Shown here piece after piece: positions 1 through 10,500 of a stretch of DNA of 64,000 nucleotides. Both the position numbers and the translations under genes were made by a program. Within the stretch, counting starts at the first letter, position 1; every line of letters begins with the position of its first letter. Origin of the DNA: Candidatus Poribacteria bacterium (GTDB lineage Bacteria > Poribacteria > WGA-4E > PCPOR2b); NCBI GenBank assembly GCA_965198175.1, contig OZ240245.1, positions 4,064,001 through 4,128,000 of the forward strand. The letters are read 5' to 3'. The notes under the pieces were generated by a model. The model was not told where the DNA came from. It made no database searches and was given only the letters and a program-made list of their open reading frames with translations.

Positions 1-266
1 GTCGCAGCTAGCGTTTGGCTCGAAATGATTGAGACAGATGCCTGGGCACTAGATTCGACTAATTCGGTAAATGCCAATATCCCGAATCCACATAGAATCC
101 CAACCTTGAATTGTGAGTACCCAATGCCAATGGAAAAATCCCTGTTAGATAAGTCCAACAGGGATTATTCCATTATGAGATTGCAAGTTTACTTGCGGGA
201 CTCGTTGTACTAGCGTCGTGGAGACAAAACAAGGCGAATAGGGTGAACTGTATTGCTTGTAATTTC

Positions 267-295
267 TTGACATTCCGATTCTACTAACGTATTCT
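267..295 (+). promoter_or_regulatory. sigma70-like promoter upstream of 342..794
   Basis: TTGACA-17 nt-TATTCT. Confidence 0.55.
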
Positions 296-341
296 AGATT
301 GCAAACCAAAATACACCGTTCACAGTCCGAGAGAATTTGTC

Positions 342-794
342 ATGAAGACAATCCGCCTCCAGTTGCCTCAGCAGATTCTGTGCTTCATCACAATCCTCAC
401 GCTGATGATGTACTGCATCGGTTGCTTAAACGTCATTGATGAAATCCTTGATAACGCCGATGAACCACCGAACGGGGACGGCATTGATGATAGCTGGATT
501 ATTGCTGAAATGCCTGTCAGAGAAATTGTTGTGCTGATTGCGGAGAGTTTTCCCGTCCAAGTTTCTGTTGAGGTCATTGGGTACCTACCGGACGGTTGTA
601 CCGCACGCCATGAGACACATACATCAAGAGAAGGAAACACTGTTACCATTAAGATGACAACCAAACGCAGCAAGGATAGAATTTGCACGAAGGTCGTGAC
701 AGATATTCGAGAGCGGATTTCCATTGGGACTTTTGCGCCCGGCAATTACCTCGTCATCGTTAACGGTGTGAAAAAGAAATTCCGCGTTGACTAG
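342..794 (+). CDS. Secreted or lipoprotein-like hypothetical protein
   Basis: 150 aa; hydrophobic N-terminus with Cys (CIGC); GYLPDGC...C motif; its TAG stop coincides with the IS target site. Confidence 0.65.
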   Translation: MKTIRLQLPQQILCFITILTLMMYCIGCLNVIDEILDNADEPPNGDGIDDSWIIAEMPVREIVVLIAESFPVQVSVEVIGYLPDGCTARHETHTSREGNTVTIKMTTKRSKDRICTKVVTDIRERISIGTFAPGNYLVIVNGVKKKFRVD

Positions 795-1612
795 GTTCTG
801 TTGACATTTCAACGGAGCCAGATAAGCGTGGAGACAAAACTCAGAAATCCAAAATAGCGGACATCCAGTTTCTCGAAACGAGAGAAGATACGACGATACC
901 ATTTTATCTTGTTGATGAAACATTCAACCAGATGTCTCTCTTTGTATAAATGTTTGTCATATGTTCTTTGAGCGCCACGATTACGTCGAGGCGGTATCAC
1001 CGCCATCGCTCCATTCGTCTCAATAACGTCAATAAAACCGTCCGAATCGTATCCCTTGTCTGCAATAACATACTCACTGTCATATCCAACTATCAACGCT
1101 TCGGCTTCAGCTATGTCGTGTCTCTGACCGGGGGTTAGCTGGAGTCTAAGCGGATTACCTAGCGCGTCAACTGTGATGTGAATCTTGGTGCTGAAGCCGC
1201 CTCGAGAGCGGCCTAGTGCTTGGTTTTCAGTGCCACCGTTTTTTTTGAAGCGCCAGCCGCGCATGGGTGAGCCCGGCAAATGGTCGTGTCAATAATAAGT
1301 GTCTCCATATCTGGGTCAGAGGCGAAGTAGCAGTGCATCTGTGCGAAGATTCCTTTGTCACACCAGCAGCTAAACCGCTTGTAGATGGAGTTCCAATTGC
1401 CATAGGCAGTAGGCAAGAGTCTCCATTGAGCACCGCTACGAGTCACCCACAGAAGGGCTTCGACGAATCGTCGAGTATCAATTTCGTTCCGGACATAGAT
1501 GTTGGAACAGCTTAGAAGAAACTGGTATATCTTTCTCCATTGGGCATCAGATAAGGTTATGGGCATCATTCCTCTATTATGCACAACCTTATAACCAAAT
1601 GTCAACAGAACC
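794..1612 (-). mobile_element. Complete IS5-family (IS427-like group) insertion sequence
   Basis: Perfect terminal inverted repeats GGTTCTGTTGACATTT / AAATGTCAACAGAACC, both in CTAG context (TA or CTAG duplication); encloses a two-ORF transposase. Confidence 0.93.
809..1569 (-). CDS. IS5-family transposase, orfA (1213..1569) and orfB (809..~1246) joined by a probable -1 frameshift
   Basis: orfA LSDAQW...RSGAQWRLLP...YGNWNSIYKRF; orfB GRSRGGFSTKIH...ADKGYD...YKERHLVE; A8 tract on the minus strand at 1239..1246 in the overlap. Confidence 0.9.
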
Positions 1613-1646
1613 TAGTCCCACGCCTTCTCAGCTCTATTGGTCCTCC

Positions 1647-3974
1647 CTAAAACATCAGCCGATATAGAAACTTGATGTTACGCCCCGGCTCCGGCATCAC
1701 CGATTTGATTCTCGAAAGGTGTTGACGGTATTCAGTATTGAAAATATTCTCGACCGTGACTACCAACTGATGTTGAAGTTGCCACATGGAGAACATTAAC
1801 TGCAAGCCCGCGTTGTAGACGATGTACCCGTCCGTCTTTTCTTCAAATTCGCCGAGCCGCTGCTGGTCATCTGAATACCGCGCCGTGAAGTGCAAGTTTA
1901 ACGGCTGGGTATCGTATCGTAACGCCAGTTTTCCGTTGAGCGGCGGGATGCGTTCAAGCGGTAATCCGCTGTTCGCCAAAGTACCTCTGACGTAACTCAT
2001 GCGCATCTCTGCATGCAATCGCGGGATAATTTCGGCGTCAATACTAAATTCGGCACCGTCAAGGATAGCATCTTGTCCACGGTATTGATATATCCATAGC
2101 CAACCCGCTGCACCGCTACCCCATTCCCTTTCGCCCGTGTTGGTCGGAATCAGATAGCCATATATCTGGTTGCGAAAAACGGCGAAATTTAGTTTCATAC
2201 GATTACCCATGTAGCGCAGAAATGCCTCTGTCCCAAAGCCATCCTCTGAACCGAGTTCGGCGTTGCCGATTTCGTATGAATAGGCTGCGAGATGCGGTCC
2301 ATCTGAAAAGAGCACCTCGATTCCCGGTGTGCGGAACGTCCTCATCAAAGTGGCGCCAAATCCCAAGTTGTCGTTCCAGTGATAGATGCTTGAGACAGCG
2401 CCTGACAGACCTCCGAAGTCCCGTCGTTGCACCTTTCCTGCACGTATAAGAGCACCTTGCACAAACGGCTCAACCCGTCTGATGTCGTAGCGGACCGCTG
2501 CCTGTAGTGTGAAGTTGTTGTGTCGCTTCTGTTTGAAAAAGAACCCCGCCAAAGACATCTCCCGCGTACGCGGCGTCCAGTAAAATCCGCCCGTCGCATG
2601 GTCACGATACTCGCTCCAAATCCCTGCAACTGCATCGCCGCGCAAGTGTGCCAACGCAGACGCGTTGTATGTCAATACACCGAACTCAACGCCGAGCGTG
2701 TTGTTCGATTCAATCTCTTGATGCTGATAGCGCGTGTAGGTCGATTGTAACTTCAACTTCTCAAGAATCGACTCTTCAAACGCATATTCCAGATTGCCCT
2801 CATACCGCTGGCGATCGAGGTCAATGGTAACGCCTTTGATATGTCCTTCGGGCGAGCCGGGAATCCCGTAATCTGAACGGTAGCGCCCCCCTGAAATCCC
2901 AATGTGTCCCCAATCCTTGACCACTGAAGCACCGGTTGAAAAATTGGTGTTCGATAGCGACGTGTTTTCCAAAATACCGACGGGAGTATGCGTGTCGTTG
3001 GCGTGACGGCGGTTCAACTCCAACCGCCACGCTAGGTCGCCAATCGGAATCGTCACTCCTGTCGTCCCGGTCAGCCCTGAGTTGACCGACTCACTCTGAA
3101 ATGTGAGATTTATCGTTGGGTGGTTGGGGAGGGTTGGTGGAATGGTTTCGCGCTTGACATTGACGACACCGCCGAGTGTACTTGAGCCGTAAATCAGCGA
3201 CGCCGGACCACGCGTAATCTCAATCTTTGTCGCGGTAGTTGGGTCAATCGCAACCGCATGGTCTGCTGAGGATGCTGATTTATCGCCGGTACGCCCGCCA
3301 TCTTCGAGGATAAGCAGACGGTCGCCACCCATGCCCCGGACGACCGGACGCGCTATCGATCGCCCCATCGTCCGCTGGGCAATCCCCACCTCGCCACTAA
3401 GGGTCTCGGCGATGGTTGCTCCCATCTGTTGATTTAATTTCTGCTCTGAGAGCTTAAGGTCGGTTGTTTTCTCAAACTGAGCCAGTACTTCGTCACTAGC
3501 TGTGACAACAATCTCTCCAAGTTGGAACAGGCTGCGCTTCAATTTGATGACCATCGTTATCGGGTACGTATCGACAGCGATTTTTCGATTTAACTTCTCA
3601 CATCCAACGCGAGTGAATTGAAGCGTATAAGCCCCTGGCGCAATTTCATCAAACTGAAACTGTCCAACTTCATCGGTTCGAGTTAGGGAGGTCCTTCCCA
3701 CGGCGACAAGGGTAACTTGGACTTCCGCGATTGGTCTCTCCGTCTCAGCATCAATCACCTGCCCTGAAACGGAAACAGTGCGGGGCAGCGACACTCCGTC
3801 TACATCATGAGTCAAGAGAATGGCAAAAAGAGAGAAGGTTAAAAGTTTAGTTTGAGTTATTCCTTTAACAATGCGTCCGCTGTCAGCATGCAGAATTCCA
3901 GCGATGAGATTGAGAAATGTGGTTTTTCCGGTGCCGCTGCTTCCCTTGAGCGCCATCTGCCTACCTTCCCCCAT
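1647..3974 (-). CDS. TonB-dependent receptor (metal-uptake type) with carboxypeptidase-like N-domain and chimeric N-terminus
   Basis: Plug motifs RPVVRGMGGDR and IEITRGPASLIYGS; C-terminal ENIFN...PGRNIKFLYRLMF ending in Phe; first ~36 aa resemble an ABC ATPase. Confidence 0.9.
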   Translation of the reverse strand: MGEGRQMALKGSSGTGKTTFLNLIAGILHADSGRIVKGITQTKLLTFSLFAILLTHDVDGVSLPRTVSVSGQVIDAETERPIAEVQVTLVAVGRTSLTRTDEVGQFQFDEIAPGAYTLQFTRVGCEKLNRKIAVDTYPITMVIKLKRSLFQLGEIVVTASDEVLAQFEKTTDLKLSEQKLNQQMGATIAETLSGEVGIAQRTMGRSIARPVVRGMGGDRLLILEDGGRTGDKSASSADHAVAIDPTTATKIEITRGPASLIYGSSTLGGVVNVKRETIPPTLPNHPTINLTFQSESVNSGLTGTTGVTIPIGDLAWRLELNRRHANDTHTPVGILENTSLSNTNFSTGASVVKDWGHIGISGGRYRSDYGIPGSPEGHIKGVTIDLDRQRYEGNLEYAFEESILEKLKLQSTYTRYQHQEIESNNTLGVEFGVLTYNASALAHLRGDAVAGIWSEYRDHATGGFYWTPRTREMSLAGFFFKQKRHNNFTLQAAVRYDIRRVEPFVQGALIRAGKVQRRDFGGLSGAVSSIYHWNDNLGFGATLMRTFRTPGIEVLFSDGPHLAAYSYEIGNAELGSEDGFGTEAFLRYMGNRMKLNFAVFRNQIYGYLIPTNTGEREWGSGAAGWLWIYQYRGQDAILDGAEFSIDAEIIPRLHAEMRMSYVRGTLANSGLPLERIPPLNGKLALRYDTQPLNLHFTARYSDDQQRLGEFEEKTDGYIVYNAGLQLMFSMWQLQHQLVVTVENIFNTEYRQHLSRIKSVMPEPGRNIKFLYRLMF
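3867..3970 (-). pseudogene. Fragment of an ABC transporter ATP-binding subunit (Walker A region)
   Basis: EGRQMALKGSSGTGKTTFLNLIAGILHADSGRIV; no downstream ABC motifs. Confidence 0.8.
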
Positions 3975-4344
3975 CTCGAGACGTATTGCAGTGTTGACAC
4001 GTACGACAGAGGTGACGATTGATTAGGTGAACGACTGCTAGCAGAAGTCCGCCTATAGCAATTCCCACTGCACCGAAAACCAACGCCAACTCCGCTGACT
4101 CACTCAGGATAAATCCAAGCCCAACGAGCGGCAATACGGTCATCAAGAGCGGGGCGGCAATACAGTGGATGGCGCAAGCAAAGGAGAGGCATGCGCCCAC
4201 ATTGTCCACGACTGCGTGATTCAAATATCTGTTCAATTGTTGGCTCCTAACGTCATACGTTACTGCTACCGGTATCCTCTTTGCCGGTCCAGCGTGCCAA
4301 ATCCGGATTGATCGTTGGGTTTGGCACGCTGACAGACAAACCAA
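3961..4344 (-). CDS. MerC-like membrane protein, apparently shortened; true start probably downstream of 4344
   Basis: DNVGACLSFACAIHCIAAPLL motif; C-terminal HLINRHLC..C..C. Confidence 0.7.
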   Translation of the reverse strand: MVCLSACQTQRSIRIWHAGPAKRIPVAVTYDVRSQQLNRYLNHAVVDNVGACLSFACAIHCIAAPLLMTVLPLVGLGFILSESAELALVFGAVGIAIGGLLLAVVHLINRHLCRTCQHCNTSRDGGR

Positions 4345-4353
4345 TGTCTTCGG

Positions 4354-4932
4354 TTACGGCGTAACCGTTACGGGAATCAAGAGCGCCGCCGTGAAATCGG
4401 CATGGCCGCCGTGCAAAAGTTGGAGTTTGAGTTCCGTTTGACCGGCTTTAAGCCCCTTCACTTCAAAGGTGAATTTCTCGGCGAGCTCATCGCCGTGATC
4501 GTCGCCCTCCTCGCCGTGCTCATCATCATGTTCTGCACCCTCACCTTCGTAAAGGTGTACCTCAATGATTGATGAATCATATCCGCTGAGCGCTAAAGCA
4601 AACACATCTTCCTCGCCATGTTCGTCATGGTCGTGATCGTCTTCCTCCTCCGGAGATTCAGGGAAAAATTCATCGCCATCGTGGTCAAGGAATACGGTGA
4701 GAACCTCGAGTTCGTCTCCGACTTTGAGGGTGATACTTCCCGTATGCGTCCCCTCAAATTGCCGGTAAATCTCGTTCCCGTCAACCTTGAGGACAAAGCC
4801 GTCTGCATCAGCATGAAATGGTTCGTCGTCATGGCCATCGTCAACAATGGGATTGTCATCTTCGCCACAAGCGGCGAACAGTGCAACAGATGCGAGTAAC
4901 AACAACGTAAAACGAAAAACAGGCGCAAACAT
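4354..4932 (-). CDS. His/Asp/Glu-rich metal-binding lipoprotein
   Basis: GGAGG Shine-Dalgarno before ATG 4932; lipobox LFAAC; HDHDEH tracts; LLHGGHADF. Confidence 0.85.
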   Translation of the reverse strand: MFAPVFRFTLLLLASVALFAACGEDDNPIVDDGHDDEPFHADADGFVLKVDGNEIYRQFEGTHTGSITLKVGDELEVLTVFLDHDGDEFFPESPEEEDDHDHDEHGEEDVFALALSGYDSSIIEVHLYEGEGAEHDDEHGEEGDDHGDELAEKFTFEVKGLKAGQTELKLQLLHGGHADFTAALLIPVTVTP

Positions 4933-5091
4933 AATTACCTCCAGATATAAATAGATTGTTTTTCCCGGCATCACCCCTGATGAAACAACGAAAAATAGGC
5001 AGACTACTGCCGAGACTATATACAGTTCAGCCGGGAAACGACAGATAAAGATATGGTCAATAAATACAGAGATATGAGATTGACGAGCAGT

Positions 5092-5382
5092 TTAAACGGG
5101 GAATGCTGGAGGGGCACGACTCTGGACACTGTTGTCAAGGATCGTGGAAATGAAAGGTAAGGTGATTGGTCGGTGAACTGATATGCAAGTATCAAGATTC
5201 GTGACGTCAACGACGTTGAGCTCAATGCCGGCGTGGTTGGCACTGAAAAAGCAGGCGGAACAGCAATCAACGTGCTCATGGTCGTGTGCAAGTGCAACGA
5301 GGTTTACCGTTATCAGATAACAGACGATTCCAATCGCAATTACCCAGCGAGTGGGCGTGAAATGGATTCCAACCTTCTGCAA
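5092..5382 (-). CDS. DUF2946/CruR-like leader peptide (signal segment, CxxC, C-terminal RAPP)
   Basis: Hydrophobic N-terminus, HDHEHVDCCSAC, ends SRAPPAFPV; first ORF of the uptake operon. Confidence 0.8.
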   Translation of the reverse strand: MQKVGIHFTPTRWVIAIGIVCYLITVNLVALAHDHEHVDCCSACFFSANHAGIELNVVDVTNLDTCISVHRPITLPFISTILDNSVQSRAPPAFPV

Positions 5383-5509
5383 GACCCTTCACCTCTTTCA
5401 AACGTTGCCAAATTCGGCAATTCAGGATAGTATTTTAACACAAGCGCATCCGCTCTGTCCAATTTCTTTCAAAAATCCATTGCAATGAGTATCATACCCA
5501 GTGCATCGC

Positions 5510-5832
5510 ACTGATTGAGCAAATGATAACTTTGATTAACCCATCATTGGTAGTATAGATTGTCCACCGATTCTCATTGTGTGAATACTTCACAGCGCCG
5601 CGATTTGTTCGGAACCAGATGTAAACTCCATCAACTGCGACTGACCAGACAACATCATTGGGAAGACCGTCCGGTGTTTTCAGTGTTTGCCATGTCCCCA
5701 CTTTGGTGTCGAAACGCGAGACACCGCTCTGCGTCGCTACCACAAGTCTTTTCCATCTCGCGCGAGTGCGTTAACGCGAATATCGCAAAGCCCATCGGCA
5801 GTGGTCAATGATGTCCACGGGTCTAAGGCCAA
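5510..5832 (-). pseudogene. Degenerate fragment homologous to ~9130..9452 of the beta-propeller gene
   Basis: Aligns by eye with many substitutions and a small indel (ATQSGVSRFDTK...DGL..VVWSVAVDG). Confidence 0.85.
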
Positions 5833-6003
5833 TTTGACGTTCTAGTTATTCCTTCAATATACACATGAGTATACTATGAAAACAAGGAAAATTCTAGTGA
5901 TAGACTTCAATTTGAGATATTAAAGTTTAGTTTGAGTGATTTCTATCCTGACTCTCCTGAAAAACGGTACCATTTCCGATTCGAATTCAATATGAGCGTT
6001 GAC

Positions 6004-7293
6004 TTATTGGGGTTCCCTTACGCCGCCTAGGGTGTGGACAATCAGGTTCACGCCCCATTCTAGCCACTTCTCATTATCAGCATTTTCTCCCCACTTCAAG
6101 CCAATTCCAGCGGCGTCGTAGAACACGGCGATGCGTCCGTTGAGTCGGAGAGCGTAAAATTCGCCGCGTTTTTTGACGACGTACGGTGTGCCTTTTTTAA
6201 ATTCAAAAAAGCTGTGACAGACGGCATCTTTTCGATTAATCGGCACGAAATGCGATGTCTCTCCGACAATCTTCCAGACCTCAAAGCGAATGGAGTTAGC
6301 CACAGGACCATCAATCCCCCAAGCGGTTGATACGTCCGAAAAAAGAAGTGTTCCACCGCTCTGCAAATAGCTTCGGAGGTTCGCACGCTCCTTCTCGGAG
6401 AAGGTGAACGCATCCCGTGCGGCGATGTACACCAGCGGAATCTGGTGAATCTCAGGAGAGGCAAGCGGCATCGTCTCAGACAAAAGTTGTGTCCGTATGT
6501 TCGTCCATCTATTCATAGCATACACCAAGCGACTCAAGGCTTGGGCACGAATGGCATCTGCCGTGTCTTCGTATTGGACCATGACGATGTTATAATAGCC
6601 GGAAATCTCCCGTCCGGAACCGCGCACCTCCACCTGAGCCGCGTTCCCCGCCTTACGCTGAATTTTGTCAAGGATGCCGGTCGATCGGTTTGGAGCAGCT
6701 ACCGTTCCCTCAAGATTTGGGCGTCCAACTATCGGTGAACCGCCCACCGAAAAATTGGGGCGGGAAACGGCATCCGCCTCCAGCTCTTTGTTCGCTTGGA
6801 ATTCGGTTTCCGCCAGCGGATTCAAGGCCACCTGAGCGGGCGAGTGAACGATTGCCGCCGTTTGCGTCGTCAGCGGTCCTGATCGAAGCGACACTGCAGT
6901 AACACGCCGGTCAATCGGGCTTTTATTAGCCAGCCCGACCGCAGTTACTTGCCGGCGTGGCTTGGCACGACGTTTCAGAGGTGATGGCTTCGGCAACGAC
7001 ACGAAATTGACTTGCAGGTCAGTCTCCGCGGCAGGCTGCGGTGTAGGCAACATCGCCACCCAAAAAAGGACGAGCGCATTCAGCACAAATGACAACAGCC
7101 ACGCTACTGCGGCAATTCGCCGCCGACGGGCGACTGTCGATAAGCGCGGCGTAACTACCGCGTCTTTTTTGTGCCCAGGGGAGAACTTGGGGCGTTTCTG
7201 GACCGATCCGTAATTGCCGCGCCCTTTCCGACGTCTACGCTTTGCCCGAATGTAGTTCAAACGACCAATTTGCCGATAAAGAGTATAATACAT
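6004..7293 (-). CDS. Membrane-anchored DUF4159-like domain protein
   Basis: Single TM segment, Pro/Ala-rich linker, FSEKERANLRSYLQSGGTLLFSD...WGVNL. Confidence 0.75.
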   Translation of the reverse strand: MYYTLYRQIGRLNYIRAKRRRRKGRGNYGSVQKRPKFSPGHKKDAVVTPRLSTVARRRRIAAVAWLLSFVLNALVLFWVAMLPTPQPAAETDLQVNFVSLPKPSPLKRRAKPRRQVTAVGLANKSPIDRRVTAVSLRSGPLTTQTAAIVHSPAQVALNPLAETEFQANKELEADAVSRPNFSVGGSPIVGRPNLEGTVAAPNRSTGILDKIQRKAGNAAQVEVRGSGREISGYYNIVMVQYEDTADAIRAQALSRLVYAMNRWTNIRTQLLSETMPLASPEIHQIPLVYIAARDAFTFSEKERANLRSYLQSGGTLLFSDVSTAWGIDGPVANSIRFEVWKIVGETSHFVPINRKDAVCHSFFEFKKGTPYVVKKRGEFYALRLNGRIAVFYDAAGIGLKWGENADNEKWLEWGVNLIVHTLGGVREPQ

Positions 7294-7381
7294 AAGGACC
7301 TACCCAAAGACGCTTTGGTTTCTCGGCTCCTAGCCCCGAATACAGCGTCAAATAAGTTTAGAACGGTTGTATTATTCCGCC

Positions 7382-7433
7382 GTAGGATGGGCATCCGTGT
7401 CCCGAGAATCGGGTACTAGGAAACCCCGCCTGC
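7382..7433. repeat. Degenerate GTAG-type REP doublet
   Basis: GTAGGATGGGCATCCGTGTCCCGA faces TCGGGTACTAGGAAACCCCGCCTGC as an imperfect inverted pair. Confidence 0.45.
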
Positions 7434-7558
7434 AAGCATTGTCAATATTTATCGGACGCTGTACTCGCTTTGTTACCGGAGAAACCAATTGAGAAGGAAT
7501 CCGCTTTCACTCTCCAGAATCTAAGCGCGTAAATTCTATCAGCAAGAAGAGCATGATC

Positions 7559-10500
7559 CTATCTCTCGCTTGCGAACGCACGATAATCCTCGGTGCGGAA
7601 GGTTGTCCACAGTTCGGTTGACAAATCGTAACGACAAACACCCGCGGAAAATGTACCGACCCAAACGTATTTGCCATCTAGGCTAATGCTGCGGATGTTG
7701 TTGTCGGACAAGCCATTGTCAATGTTGAATCCCTCCCACTGTTTTGCGGCTCGGTTGTATCGGCAGAGTCCTTTACCGGCAGTGCCGACCCAGACGTATT
7801 TATTGCCTGCGGTGATTGTACTGATGTCGTTGCCGATGAGTCCGTTGAGCACTGTGAACGTCTCCCATCGCCCTTGTGACACGTGATACCGGAATACGCC
7901 TTGTCTCGTGCCGACCCACATGTTTTCAGGGTCCGACGCCAGCGCAGTGATTTCGGAACTCTTCAGATATGGCGGAACTTCAAATTTGTGTGCCAACGTC
8001 ATTCGCCGAGAATCCGTTTTAAAGATTCTCAACCCGTTTTCCCGCCCGATCCAGAGTTGATTGTTTAGAAACGCCATCGCTGTGCAGCCGTAAATCCCCA
8101 AATCTTCGGGCGTAGTTTCTAAGCGTTCAGTCAATCCCGTACCGGTCCGTGTGTGTTCGACGATTTGACCATTCGTTATCAAAGTCCAAGACCTCGCTTT
8201 ATGGTCATAGATTGCAATTTGGTTGTCGCTGAGCACCCAAACCTTGCCCTCTTGATACTGAATATCTCGCACCCGCGGGAGCAGCGGGTGGATTTCCGTG
8301 GCTGCATCTGTGGCTTTATCGTAGACAATGACGCCCGCTTCTGTGCCAAGCCAGAGTTGACCGAAGACAGGGGCGATCGCACGAATGGTCAACACCGGCG
8401 GGAATTCAACATTAACCCTTATAAACGGCGATGGCACAGTTGGGTCACCCGGCTGCGGAGTCCTCTTCTCATTCCCCGGCACAAGCTGATGAATGGCTTC
8501 AATCGCCTTTTCGCGCGCGATTTCTGGACGATAATCGACGTAAACCTTCTGAGTTTCGGTAGGATTGCTAGCTTGCAGCGCGGATTCAATCGCTTGTTCC
8601 AAATTGATTCTATCATTCGGTTGAGTTGCTTGATCGGCTAAATTCGCAATACGCCATGTGTGCGAGATTTTGTCATATCTGGCTAAGCCGAGCCGCGTGC
8701 CCGCCCACAGATAATCGCCATCCGACGCAACGACTTTGATGTTGTTGCTGATTAGGTCAGACGCGGTTGATTCGATGTCTTCAATGGCTTCCGAATAGGT
8801 CGTCCAATCGCCCCGAATCCAGTGATGTCGGGCTAATCCGGCGTCCGTTCCGAACCAGATTTCATCGCCATCAATCGTGACAACCTCGACATTGTTGGAG
8901 GGAAGTCCCTGTGCCTCAGTGAAATCGCGGGACAGGTCAGTAATCTGATTGTAAAGCGTTATGCCTTCGGAGGTACCGATCCAGTGGTACTTCTCCTTTG
9001 AACCAATGCTCTTGGCGTCCTGGGCGGCGAGACCATCTGCCTGTGAATACGGTGTCAGGGATTCGACCTCTTTGTCGTACATTGTGATACCGCCCGGCGT
9101 TGCGAGGAAGATGTACTTTTCATCAACACCGATTGAGGTGACGATATTGTTGATTAACCCGTCGTCGGTAGTGTAGATTGCCCACCGATTCTCATCGTGT
9201 GTGTATTTCGCCGCCCCCCGATTTGTGCCGAACCAGATGTCAGCTCCATCAACCGCGACCGACCAAACAACACCATCGGGAAGACCGTCTGCTTTTGTCA
9301 GCGTTTGCCACATCCCCGCTTTGGTGTCGAAACGCGAAACGCCGCTCTGTGTCGCTATCCACACGTTGTTTCCATCTCGCGCGAGTGCGTTTACGCGATT
9401 ATCACACAGCCCATCGGCAGTGGTCAGGGATGTCCACCGGTCTAAGACCAAGTTATATCGGCTGACACCGCCGTATGTTCCGCACCACAATTCATTTCCC
9501 ACCAACAGCAAGCTCGACACGTAATTGTGCCGAAGGCCATCGCGGGTTGTATAGTTGAGCCAAGTATCCGTCGTTTTATCGTATCGGCTGATTCCCCGCG
9601 GCGTGCCGAAGAAAGCGTAATCTTCGTTGATGACGATGGCGCGAATATCTTTGGCGACAAGGACTTCTGTGCGAGCGCGCTCGCGGCTTGGCGCGTATGC
9701 CCACCACGAATCGGTGCGCTTGTTGTAGCGGTAGATGCCGCCATCTGTCGCTACCCAGACGTATTCATACGACGGGTGAATATCGTGAATGCGTACATTT
9801 GAAAGACCCGGCGCATCATCGTCCGTAAATTTCCGCGTCTGCCCGGATGAGAAGTCGTATCGCCCCAAATTCCGCCAGCCGCCGCTCCAAAGTACCCCGT
9901 CGTCAAGCGCAACGACATCAATACTCGCATCGCCATCGATTTTCAACTTCTGCCACGTTTCACCATTTTCATCACCGCAGAGATGTACACCGGCTTCGGT
10001 CGCGACACAGATTATCCCGTCGGATTCGTCCAACGCCAGAATCGGCGTCCCTTCAAAGGCAGGAGTGGTGTGCCAATTCTGCGTCGATTTATCGTACCGA
10101 GATAGCCCATTCCCCGTACCGACCCAGAGGTGTTGCGAACCTGCGGCAAGGTCTGTAATTTCGTCATTCGACAGCCCAAACCGACTTGAGAACGCGGTCC
10201 AATCATGCGTCGTGTTGTCGTAGCGGTTCAAACCGCGTGCAGTGCCCACCCAAATCGACTTGCCATCAACTAGGATTTTCGTAATTTCATCGGCAACCAA
10301 GCCGCTTTTGGCTGCCCGAAAATAATTCCACGTTTTGTTCGATTTATCGAACCGCGAAATCCCTTGGTCACTACCAATCCATAGGTAGTTGCCCACAACA
10401 TCAAGACAGGTGAGCGTCCCCACGCCTAAGCCATCTTCGTTGGTGAAGATTCGCCACCGTTCGGTCCCTGGATTGAACTGACTCATTGCCTTCTGTGTCG

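Noticed and set aside
137..166. Hairpin AATCCCTGTT...AACAGGGATT and a partial minus-strand frame at the window start
   Set aside because: Real inverted repeat, but there is too little context at the window edge to assign a function or gene
5510..9452. Possible DGR template/variable repeat pair
   Set aside because: Differences are not confined to adenines, the target is mid-gene, and no reverse transcriptase is present
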